Below, one piece after another: positions 1-6,141 of a stretch of DNA of 38,220 nucleotides. Under the pieces are notes generated by a model. That model had not been told where the DNA came from and made no database searches. It was given only the letters and a program-made list of their open reading frames with translations. Every line of letters starts with the position of its first letter. Positions within the stretch are counted from its first letter, which is position 1. Source of the stretch: a virus; IMG/VR virus record IMGVR_UViG_3300044210_000036, positions 1 to 38,220 of that record; one strand, given 5' to 3'. The position numbers and the translations under genes are program-made.

Positions 1-127
1 TAGGCGAGCAGATAGCCGTGCTCGCAGACCGCAACCTCGGCGCCCCCCTCCCTCTGCCCGGACGTGGGATCGGCAGAGTTGTGAGCCAGCGCCGTCGGAT
101 CAAACTCAGCCACCCACCACGGGTAGT
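1..127. repeat. Terminal direct repeat, copy 1 (identical to 38094..38220)
   Basis: Read directly: taggcgagcagatagccgtgctcgcagaccgc...cacccaccacgggtagt occurs at both ends. Confidence 0.95.
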
Positions 128-476
128 AGTCGTGGGCGTTGTCGGTTCCGACCCGGAGGACGATCTTGCCCGTCATGCAGTCGCGGATCTCTAGGGTGTC
201 GTTCTCCTGGCCGTACTCGCCATCGGGGGCCATCGAGCAGACGACACGCACGGGCGGCCACTCGTTGGTCGTCGGTCCCTCCTCGATGACGATCTCCTCC
301 ATCGAGGAGCGGTAGCCGTCGGATGGGTCCTCCAGGGCGACGTAGGTCACTCCGTCGAGGCGGAAGCGGCAAGCGTTGACGGTCTCCTTCGTGCCGTAGC
401 GGTCCACCTCTCGCTGCGGCAGGTCCACGCCCGACAGAAGGTGGCCACCGCACAGGCTCTCAAGTGTGATCGTCAC
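1..476 (-). CDS. Hypothetical protein, 5' part of a 173-aa CDS that crosses the circular junction (continues 38093 -> 38048)
   Basis: GTG 476-474 overlaps the upstream TGA (GTGA), with SD AAGGGGA upstream. Hand translation: MTITLESLCGGHLLSGVDLPQREVDRYGTKETVNACRFRLDGVTYVALEDPSDGYRSS...NAHDYYPWWVAEFDP...CEHGYLLAYRCHKCSGGSGSVKP. GC3 is high. It is absent from the ORF track because it runs off the window, and track ORF 106..453 is the wrong frame. Confidence 0.75.
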   Translation of the reverse strand, partial: MTITLESLCGGHLLSGVDLPQREVDRYGTKETVNACRFRLDGVTYVALEDPSDGYRSSMEEIVIEEGPTTNEWPPVRVVCSMAPDGEYGQENDTLEIRDCMTGKIVLRVGTDNAHDYYPWWVAEFDPTALAHNSADPTSGQREGGAEVAVCEHGYLLA

Positions 477-1150
477 GGCTTGGTCCCCTTCTCGTTGTGG
501 GACGGGGGAGCGAGGGCGCAGCGGGCTCGGGTGATGGCGGCGTCGATCTCGCGGGACGCCGACACGGTGCCCAGGTGCCTACCAGCCTCGGCGCGGACCA
601 ACGCCACCAGCGCCTCCCTCGCCTCTGCCGCTTCCTCCAGTCCTTCCGCGTAGCCGGACTTGCGGGCGTCGATATACTTGGCCTTCCACGTCTCCACCTC
701 GGCTCTCGCCTCGTCGCGCTCGCGGATCAGGTCCGGCCACAACCACGTCCCGTCCGGTTGCGGGACCGCTCCGTACCGCTTGGAGACGTACTCGATTCCG
801 CGCCGCAGGGACTCAACCTCGGCCAGGGCCTCGTCGCGGACTCGCTCGGCGGCCTTCCAGTCCTTCACCGCCTGCTCCCACAGTTGGCCCATCCGGCTGG
901 CATCTGAGCGGCACCCGTCACGCTGCTTCTCGGCAGCGTCCCGCTCGGCCCGTGCCTCGGAGAGCGCGGCCTCGGCGGCCAGGGCGCGTGGCTGCCACTC
1001 GTTCCGCACGGCGGTAATGGCGGCACGCACGACCGACACCTCGTCCTTCGCCGCCGCGAGGTCGGCCCGAAGCTCGGCGGTCTCCTCCCGGTCGTCCCTG
1101 TGGTAGTCCATGAGGGTTGCTCCGCACTTTCCGCAAACATAGTTGCTCAC
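473..1150 (-). CDS. Coiled-coil protein with N-terminal CxxC zinc-ribbon-like motif (225 aa)
   Basis: GTG 1150-1148 overlaps the TGA of the upstream gene, with GGAGG 8 nt upstream. Sequence VSNYVCGKCGATLMDYHRDD is followed by a long Ala/Glu/Arg heptad-like region. The upstream part of track ORF 473..1315 is Arg/Pro junk. Confidence 0.75.
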   Translation of the reverse strand: MSNYVCGKCGATLMDYHRDDREETAELRADLAAAKDEVSVVRAAITAVRNEWQPRALAAEAALSEARAERDAAEKQRDGCRSDASRMGQLWEQAVKDWKAAERVRDEALAEVESLRRGIEYVSKRYGAVPQPDGTWLWPDLIRERDEARAEVETWKAKYIDARKSGYAEGLEEAAEAREALVALVRAEAGRHLGTVSASREIDAAITRARCALAPPSHNEKGTKP

Positions 1151-1992
1151 GGTGCGTCCTCCGTCGTCCCGGGGGCCGAGCTGCACGTTGGGCACTTCTC
1201 GCTCTCGCGCAGTAGGTGGTGCGGTCTCGGGCACGGCCTCGCGGGGGCCTCGCTCGACGGGGCGCGGTGCGGCCCCGGATGGCCCTCGTCCTGGCCGCAA
1301 TGCCGGATCCGGCACACCGGGCGCGTCCCCTCCTCCACGGGCGGGGCCGGGCAGGGCTTGAACTCAGCGGGGTCCCCCTCCAGCACCTTGCAGCGAGAGC
1401 ACATCGCCGTGAACGGATTGCTCGTTTCAACATAGACGTGCGACGGGTGCGGCTTGGGGCGCTCCACGGGCGGGGCCGCGAACCCGCCACCATAGGTCCC
1501 GCCTTGGTCGTCGGGCTCCTCCACGGGCGGGAAGGGTTGGAAGTGCTCCCGGCACAGGGCGTGCTCCCCGGGGTGGAGCGCCGACTGGAGCACCTCGGTC
1601 GGCAGATCGCAGATCAAGCACTCGGCGCGCGGCTCCTCCACGGACGGGGCCCCAGCCCAAGGCGGTAGCGGTCTGCCGTCCACGTCCCCAGCCAGTTCAA
1701 TACGCGCCTCGCCGCTCTGGAGCCAGCAGGCGTCGGGGGTGTGGATCGGCACCCACCAAGGGGCGTAGGCCACGCCAGCACGCCGGCACTTGCACTCCGG
1801 TGACGGATCCAGCCCCTCCACGGGCGGGGCGGGCGCCTCGACCAGCGCGGCGCGGGCGAGCAGGCACCCGGAGTCGTGGCCACGGTACGGGACCATCGAC
1901 GGGATGCAGCACCAGCACGGGAGCCCGTCGTCACCGACCTGCTGCTGGCACTCCCGCAGCGCCGCCTCCAGTCGTTGCTCTCGCGTGGTCAC
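1147..1992 (-). CDS. Cys-rich modular protein (281 aa) with five (A/F)PPVE(E/G/R) linker motifs
   Basis: GTG 1992-1990 lies in a GTGA overlap preceded by GAGGTGA. Sequence VTTREQRLEAALRECQQQVGDDGLPCWCC...; Cys pairs recur between PPVE motifs. Confidence 0.75.
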   Translation of the reverse strand: MTTREQRLEAALRECQQQVGDDGLPCWCCIPSMVPYRGHDSGCLLARAALVEAPAPPVEGLDPSPECKCRRAGVAYAPWWVPIHTPDACWLQSGEARIELAGDVDGRPLPPWAGAPSVEEPRAECLICDLPTEVLQSALHPGEHALCREHFQPFPPVEEPDDQGGTYGGGFAAPPVERPKPHPSHVYVETSNPFTAMCSRCKVLEGDPAEFKPCPAPPVEEGTRPVCRIRHCGQDEGHPGPHRAPSSEAPARPCPRPHHLLRESEKCPTCSSAPGTTEDAP

Positions 1993-2150
1993 GGGGTCAC
2001 CTCGGAAGACGACACGATGTCCTGGTCGCCGTCGCCGTAGCCGTAGCCGGAGCCGTAGCCGTAGCCGGAGCCGTAGCCGTAGCCGGAGCCGTCGCCGTAG
2101 CCGTAGCCGGAGCCGTCCCAGCCCGGGGCGGTGCCTCTCAGGAGCGCCAC
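1989..2150 (-). CDS. Gly/Tyr-rich tandem-repeat micro-protein (53 aa)
   Basis: Hand translation: VALLRGTAPGWDGSGYGYGDGSGYGYGSGYGYGSGYGYGDGDQDIVSSSEVTP. The GTG start follows GGGAGAAGG. Its TGA overlaps the GTG of the next gene. All repeat codons are GC3 (GGC TAC TCC). It falls below the 60-aa cutoff of the track. Confidence 0.55.
   Translation of the reverse strand: MALLRGTAPGWDGSGYGYGDGSGYGYGSGYGYGSGYGYGDGDQDIVSSSEVTP
2031..2117. repeat. In-frame 18-bp tandem repeat (gccgtagccgtagccgga, 3 perfect units plus one 24-bp variant)
   Basis: Perfect units lie at 2034-2051, 2052-2069 and 2070-2087. The variant at 2088-2111 carries a 6-bp gccgtc insertion. Confidence 0.95.
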
Positions 2151-2476
2151 GGGGCCTTCTCCCACGCCTCGACGGCGGCCGGCGTGACCTCGGCAACGGC
2201 GGTGATGGCGCGGAGCGTGATGTCGGCTCGGGGGCCAATGCGGCAGGATGAGTCCGGGCCGGTGGCGGCGAGGCGCAGGAACCCCTTGACGCTCGCGCTC
2301 CAGTACAGGCAGTTGCGGGCGTTCTTGAGGGCGATCGTCGGCCCGTCCACGTCGATGGCGTAGCCGAAGAAGACGCCTCGGTGCTCGGTGGTGACGAGAA
2401 CGGCGCGGGGCTGCTTGGTCTTGGTGGACTTCTTGGCGGGCATCGGGCTGGTCTCCTTGTTGCGGTTGGACTTCAC
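2138..2476 (-). CDS. Conserved phage protein of unknown function (RGVFFG...NARNCLYW type), 112 aa
   Basis: GTG start in a GTGA overlap with the 2473..2946 gene. Basic N-terminus, then VLVTTEHRGVFFGYAIDVDGPTIALKNARNCLYWSAS. By recall this resembles a family seen in diverse phages. Not verified. Confidence 0.75.
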   Translation of the reverse strand: MKSNRNKETSPMPAKKSTKTKQPRAVLVTTEHRGVFFGYAIDVDGPTIALKNARNCLYWSASVKGFLRLAATGPDSSCRIGPRADITLRAITAVAEVTPAAVEAWEKAPWRS

Positions 2477-2946
2477 GGGGTCACCTCGGGGTCGGCGGGG
2501 GAGAGGGTGCGGATGCGGGCCACGGCGCAGGCGAGGTGATCGCTCGGGGCCATCTTCACGGCTACGGAGAACCCGTATTCCTCGGTGCTCTCGACGGCCC
2601 GGATCGCCGCCTCCACCCCGTCCCGGTAGCCCTGGAGGTAGCCGCGCCGGCCGTCCTCGCTGCGCTCCTTGAGGTGGACCTTGCCCGGCTCCTCGGCTGG
2701 GGAGGACAGCGCGGAGCGGAGGTCTGCGAACAGGCCCATGACCATCTCCGGGGAGGTGGGCATCGACCGCGTTCCGGCCGCGCCGATGCCGTAGTCCACC
2801 AGCACCCTGGCCGCCTGCTCGATGCCCTGGAGCCGGGCGTTCTCCGCCTTCACCCGTGCCAGCTCCGCCTCCACGCTCTCCAGCTGTGCGGCCGCGGCCA
2901 TCAGGGTGCGGGCTTCGAGCTCGGCGTCCAGCAGGGGGTCGCTCAT
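2473..2946 (-). CDS. Hypothetical protein with N-terminal coiled coil (157 aa)
   Basis: ATG 2946 lies in an ATGA overlap with the upstream gene. Sequence MSDPLLDAELEARTLMAAAAQLESVEAELARVKAENARLQ. Confidence 0.8.
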   Translation of the reverse strand: MSDPLLDAELEARTLMAAAAQLESVEAELARVKAENARLQGIEQAARVLVDYGIGAAGTRSMPTSPEMVMGLFADLRSALSSPAEEPGKVHLKERSEDGRRGYLQGYRDGVEAAIRAVESTEEYGFSVAVKMAPSDHLACAVARIRTLSPADPEVTP

Positions 2947-3404
2947 CGGGGGGTCCTCTCGATGGATCGGGTGGTGCTGGTGGGTGGCAGGCCGGTCCGG
3001 TCGGCCCAGGTGGACGAGACGAGGAGCTCGCCGGGTTGGTGGTGCAGGACCACGGGGCTCTCCGGGTCCTCGAGGACGCCGAGAGGGAGCCAGACCTCGT
3101 AGCCCCAGGCCTCGACGCAGATGGCGAGGGCGGTCTGGGTGAGGACCCGGCGGACGGGGACGGCCAGGAGGGGGCCGGCGGGGGCCGGGCGGGCCGGCGG
3201 CGCCGCGGCGGGCGGCGGGGCCATGGCAGCGGCCAGGTCGGCGTCGACGGCGGCGCGCCGGCGGGCGAGCTCCTGGTTGTCGAGCTCGACCCCGAGCGGC
3301 TCGGTGCGCTGGCGTACCTCCCGGGGATCGGGCAGCCGGGCCGGGCGCGAGGGGGTGCCCGGATTATTCCTGGAAATATTCCGAGCAGGCCGGCGGCGCC
3401 TCAC
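2943..3404 (-). CDS. Hypothetical protein (153 aa)
   Basis: GTG 3404 lies in a GTGA overlap, with GGAGG 5 nt upstream. The C-terminal half looks globular (VLTQTALAICVEAWGYEVWLPLGVLEDPESPVVLHHQPGELLV). The part of the track ORF upstream of 3404 is junk that overlaps the HNH gene. Confidence 0.7.
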   Translation of the reverse strand: MRRRRPARNISRNNPGTPSRPARLPDPREVRQRTEPLGVELDNQELARRRAAVDADLAAAMAPPPAAAPPARPAPAGPLLAVPVRRVLTQTALAICVEAWGYEVWLPLGVLEDPESPVVLHHQPGELLVSSTWADRTGLPPTSTTRSIERTPR

Positions 3405-3895
3405 GGGGCCTCCGCGGCGGCCCGGGGCTCGAGGGCGAGCAGCTGGTCCACCATCGGGATGGCGCGGCCGAAGCCGTGGAGGACGGCGTGCCGGCGGAAC
3501 CGCTCCAGCCACCACCTCCGGCTCGGCTGGTTGTCGGTCTTGGAGCGGTGGCACCCCACCGCGCCCGGGCAGAGCAGCCAGCAGGTCTCCACGCTCTCGC
3601 TGCGAGCCCGGCCGAAGAAGTGGTCGAGTTCCCCGGAGGCGGCCGTGACGTGGGTGCCGCAGGCCTCGCAGCGGCCACCGGCGCGGGTGACCACGGCCTG
3701 GCGGACGGCCCGGCGCGCCCCGGTCTCTACGGAGCGAGCCGCGGCCTTGGCCTTTCGGCGGGGCAGGGAGCGGGCCAGGCGCCGCTCCCGGGCGGCGTGG
3801 GTGTCCTGGACGCACCGCTCGGCCTCCTTCTGCAGGGGGCCGGGCCGGGCGGCCACGTCCGTGACGAACCGGAGCCAGAAGGAAGGTACCTTCAC
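3401..3895 (-). CDS. HNH-type endonuclease-like protein (164 aa; alternative GTG start at 3910)
   Basis: Motifs RCEACG...GELDHFFGRARSESVETCWLLCPGAVGCHRSKT (CxxC, DH, CxxxxCH..K). GTG 3895 gives a GTGA overlap with the MazG-like gene. Confidence 0.7.
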   Translation of the reverse strand: MKVPSFWLRFVTDVAARPGPLQKEAERCVQDTHAARERRLARSLPRRKAKAAARSVETGARRAVRQAVVTRAGGRCEACGTHVTAASGELDHFFGRARSESVETCWLLCPGAVGCHRSKTDNQPSRRWWLERFRRHAVLHGFGRAIPMVDQLLALEPRAAAEAP

Positions 3896-4302
3896 GGGGA
3901 TCTCGGCCACGGCTCGGGGGGCTGGACCATGCCGAAGGGCCGCGTGTCAGCTCCCTGGCTGGCCTCCCGGTCGAGCTTCTCGATCCAGGCCACGGCGACG
4001 GCGGCCACCTGGAGGAGTTCGGCGCGGAGCTTCGCCTTGTCGTCCTCGGCGAAGGCCTCGCGCACCTCTTCGTCGAGGATGTGGCGATAGGTGAGCCGGC
4101 GCTCCTTCGCGGCCCGGTCGCAGTAGTCCTTGGCCTCGCGCGCCTTTCCCTGGCGGATCTCCTTGAGGGTGCCTTCGGACCACGCGCCCCGGTATGCGTC
4201 CCAGTCGCCGGTCCCGTCCGGGTGGTTCTGCTCGCCCCACTTGGCGTCCTGGCGAGCCCGCTCCACCCGCACCTCGGCGAGCACGTCGATGGTGGTGGTC
4301 AT
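3892..4302 (-). CDS. MazG-like (all-alpha NTP pyrophosphohydrolase fold) protein, 136 aa
   Basis: Sequence ERARQDAKWGEQNHPDG...HILDEEVREAFAEDD...ELLQVAAVAVAWIE. This pattern is recalled from phage MazG-like/NTP-PPase families. ATG lies in an ATGA overlap and GAGGT lies upstream. Confidence 0.55.
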   Translation of the reverse strand: MTTTIDVLAEVRVERARQDAKWGEQNHPDGTGDWDAYRGAWSEGTLKEIRQGKAREAKDYCDRAAKERRLTYRHILDEEVREAFAEDDKAKLRAELLQVAAVAVAWIEKLDREASQGADTRPFGMVQPPEPWPRSP

Positions 4303-4520
4303 GCCGCGACCTCGACGTTGGTGGAGCGCCGCCGGCGGGCCGGGGCAACCGGGAGGGGGATGGTGTGGCGGAGCTCGACCTGGCCGCGCTCCTCGGCTTC
4401 GCAGCGGCTATCGAAGGCCCGGAAGCAGGAGCGGTGGACGATGCCCAGGGCGGGGCCGGGGTAGCAGGTGGGGCCGACGGCGGGCCGGCCGCAGAGGCTG
4501 CAGGTGGCGTCGGCGGCCAC
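4299..4520 (-). CDS. Small Cys-rich protein (73 aa)
   Basis: Sequence VAADATCSLCGRPAVGPTCYPGPALGIVHRSCFRAFDSRCEAEERG. The GTG start lies 2 nt after the HTH gene stop. The start is uncertain (CTG 4526 is also possible). Confidence 0.55.
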   Translation of the reverse strand: MAADATCSLCGRPAVGPTCYPGPALGIVHRSCFRAFDSRCEAEERGQVELRHTIPLPVAPARRRRSTNVEVAA

Positions 4521-4522
4521 GG

Positions 4523-4735
4523 TCAGGCCGCCTTGAGGAGGTCCAGGGGCCGGACGCCGAGGGCGGCCGCGAGCTGCTCGATGGTGGAGAAGGAGGGCTC
4601 CCGCTTGCTCCGCTCCAGCATGCTCAGCATCGAGGTCGAGAGGTGGGCCTCCTGGGCCAGCGCCTCCTGCGACCACTTCTTGCGGGTCCGGGTGCGCTTC
4701 AGCTGCTTGGCGAAGTTCTCGGCGAGGGTGGTCAC
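4523..4735 (-). CDS. XRE-family helix-turn-helix transcriptional regulator (70 aa)
   Basis: Sequence KKWSQEALAQEAHLSTSMLSMLERSKREPSFSTIEQLAAALGV is the canonical Cro/C1 HTH pattern. AAGGAG SD, GTGA overlap. Confidence 0.85.
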   Translation of the reverse strand: MTTLAENFAKQLKRTRTRKKWSQEALAQEAHLSTSMLSMLERSKREPSFSTIEQLAAALGVRPLDLLKAA

Positions 4736-4929
4736 GTGGTGGCTCCTTGGCTGGTGGTGCTGCGGGGAAGGCTCGATCTCTGGTAGCGGGCGAGCCGGAA
4801 GGTGCGTCCGTGGATGCGCTGCTGGCGGTAGTGAGAGTCACAGAGGCCGAGGGCGCGGGCCGGGCGGTCGCAACTAGGGCCGGTGCAGGGCTCGGTGAGG
4901 ACGTGGATGCGGCGGCGGGCGTGGCTCAC
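4732..4929 (-). CDS. Small zinc-motif protein (65 aa), CxxxxC...GLCxxHYxR type
   Basis: Sequence EPCTGPSCDRPARALGLCDSHYRQQRIHG. By recall, this motif is normally found N-terminal to phage HNH/AP2 domains. Confidence 0.7.
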   Translation of the reverse strand: MSHARRRIHVLTEPCTGPSCDRPARALGLCDSHYRQQRIHGRTFRLARYQRSSLPRSTTSQGATT

Positions 4930-4938
4930 GGTCGGGCC

Positions 4939-5235
4939 TCAGAAGGGAAGAACCCGCCCGGCGTCTTCCACATCCGCCGGGCGGGACCCCCTGGCCAATC
5001 CAGGGGGCAGGGTGGGGGCCGGCGCGGTGACGCGAGCGGCCACGGCCTTGGCGCGGGCGAGGATCTCGAGGATCTCGGCGGCGCTGGCGAAGTAGTGGGC
5101 GGCTGGGCGGGCCGGCGCGGCCGGCTTGGCGCAGGAGGCCAGCACCCAGCCGGAGGAGGCCCGGACCACGTCGGCGCCGCGGCTGTAGGCCTGGCGGCAC
5201 CCGCAGGCGCAGGTGCCAGGGAAGCGGGTCATCAT
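4939..5235 (-). CDS. Small Cys-containing hypothetical protein (98 aa)
   Basis: ATG-ATG start 5235 lies in an ATGA overlap, with AGGAG upstream. Sequence MMTRFPGTCACGCRQAYSRGADVV. Confidence 0.65.
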   Translation of the reverse strand: MMTRFPGTCACGCRQAYSRGADVVRASSGWVLASCAKPAAPARPAAHYFASAAEILEILARAKAVAARVTAPAPTLPPGLARGSRPADVEDAGRVLPF

Positions 5236-5429
5236 CGGCCGCTCCTGGCCCGGCGCTCGGCCGAAGCGCAGTCGCGGAGGTCCTGCATCGCGGACTCCAG
5301 GGCGTAGTGAGCGTCGATGCTGTCCGAGAGCCGCTCGGTGGCGTGGAGCCGGTCCCACACCAGGAAGCGGGCCAGTACCTGGCGCGACGCCTCGACCACG
5401 GCGTCCTTGAGGACCTCCTGGCGGGTCAC
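5232..5429 (-). CDS. Hypothetical protein (65 aa)
   Basis: GTG 5429 lies in a GTGA overlap, with GAGGTGG upstream. Sequence VTRQEVLKDAVVEASRQVLARFLVWDRLHATERLSDSIDAHYALESAMQDL. Confidence 0.65.
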   Translation of the reverse strand: MTRQEVLKDAVVEASRQVLARFLVWDRLHATERLSDSIDAHYALESAMQDLRDCASAERRARSGR

Positions 5430-5635
5430 AGAGCCACCTCGACGTCGACCTGGTCGGCGTCGGCCAGCTGGCGGGCGAGCTCGTCGCGGTTGAGGATCTG
5501 CAGGCCGTTCTCGTCGCACCAGGAGATGGCCTCGGCGAGGGATGGCAGGCGGCGGTTGCGGGTGCCGGTGACGACCCCGCCCCCGGCCGAGTCGGTGCCG
5601 ACGTAGACGATGCCAGCGAGCGCGCTAGGAGACAC
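5426..5635 (-). CDS. Hypothetical protein (69 aa)
   Basis: GTG start with GAGGAGG upstream. Sequence GIVYVGTDSAGGGVVTGTRNRRLPSLAEAISWCDENGLQILNRDELARQL. Confidence 0.7.
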   Translation of the reverse strand: MSPSALAGIVYVGTDSAGGGVVTGTRNRRLPSLAEAISWCDENGLQILNRDELARQLADADQVDVEVAL

Positions 5636-5834
5636 GGGGAGCCTCCTCGGTAGCCATGCGGGTGCTCTGCGCCTTGGCCTGGGCGATGAGGTCCATCCCG
5701 TCGGCGACGGTGGCCGCGGCGCGGACGAGAATGGTGGTCACGTCGGGCCGGTTCTGCCACTCGACCTGGGCTCGGGTGAGCCGGAGCAGGGCGGAGACCA
5801 GGGCCTCCTCGGCATCACGGACGGGGTCAGCCAC
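5625..5834 (-). CDS. Hypothetical protein (69 aa)
   Basis: GTG 5834 with GGAGGTG 5 nt upstream. Sequence VADPVRDAEEALVSALLRLTRAQVEWQNRPDVTTILVRAAATVADGMDLIAQAK. Confidence 0.65.
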   Translation of the reverse strand: MADPVRDAEEALVSALLRLTRAQVEWQNRPDVTTILVRAAATVADGMDLIAQAKAQSTRMATEEAPRVS

Positions 5835-6045
5835 GGGCCACCTCCGCCTGCTCGGCGATGAGGGCGAGGCCGCGCTGGATGGCGTCGCTGGCGTCGCGCC
5901 GGCAGCCACCGACCTGGCTGGCGAGCTCGAGGAGGAGGTCGTCGAGGTTGTCGAAGGCGAAGGTGGGCTCGGGCTCCTGGGCCTCCTGCTCGAAGCGGCA
6001 GGTCCGCCAGGGGCAGGGCTCGCGGGTGGTGGTCTTCAGCGTCAT
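5827..6045 (-). CDS. First gene of the leftward early operon, hypothetical (72 aa)
   Basis: ATG 6045 is preceded by GGGAGG at a 6-nt spacing and lies just downstream of the PL-like cassette. Confidence 0.7.
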   Translation of the reverse strand: MTLKTTTREPCPWRTCRFEQEAQEPEPTFAFDNLDDLLLELASQVGGCRRDASDAIQRGLALIAEQAEVARG

Positions 6046-6078
6046 CTAGGCCTCCCTCGGACGCTCCGTCGCGTCCGT

Positions 6079-6132
6079 GAATTCCAATCTGGCATGCGCG
6101 AGAGCGCGAGTCAATATGCCAGAGCGGAATTC
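6079..6132 (-). promoter_or_regulatory. Leftward promoter/operator cassette (PL-like), a 54-bp imperfect palindrome
   Basis: Minus-strand read: GAATTCCGCTCTGGCATATTGACTCGCGCTCTCGCGCATGCCAGATTGGAATTC. It has 17-bp inverted arms (6079-6095 and 6116-6132). A -35-like TTGACT (6114-6109) is followed 17 bp later by CAGATT (6091-6086). Confidence 0.6.
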
Positions 6133-6141
6133 TTCGGGGGC

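Noticed and set aside
106-453. Track ORF 106..453 (-), 115 aa.
   Set aside because: It is the wrong frame. The coupled frame starting at GTG 476 gives a globular-looking protein that continues across the circular junction.
2027-2117. The tandem repeat considered as a CRISPR-like or non-coding satellite, with alternative translations RLRLRL (-), RSRSRS (+) and AVAVAG (+).
   Set aside because: The units are contiguous with no spacers, so it is not a CRISPR. The RL/RS/AV frames lack SD or start context and belong to junk ORFs. Only the GY frame is stop-start coupled to the next gene.
2856-4094. A plus-strand 412-aa ORF plus other plus-strand ORFs across 440..6160.
   Set aside because: The minus strand here carries an uninterrupted chain of SD-preceded, stop-start-coupled genes with sensible protein sequences. 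The plus-strand translations are low-complexity Arg/Pro/Gly.
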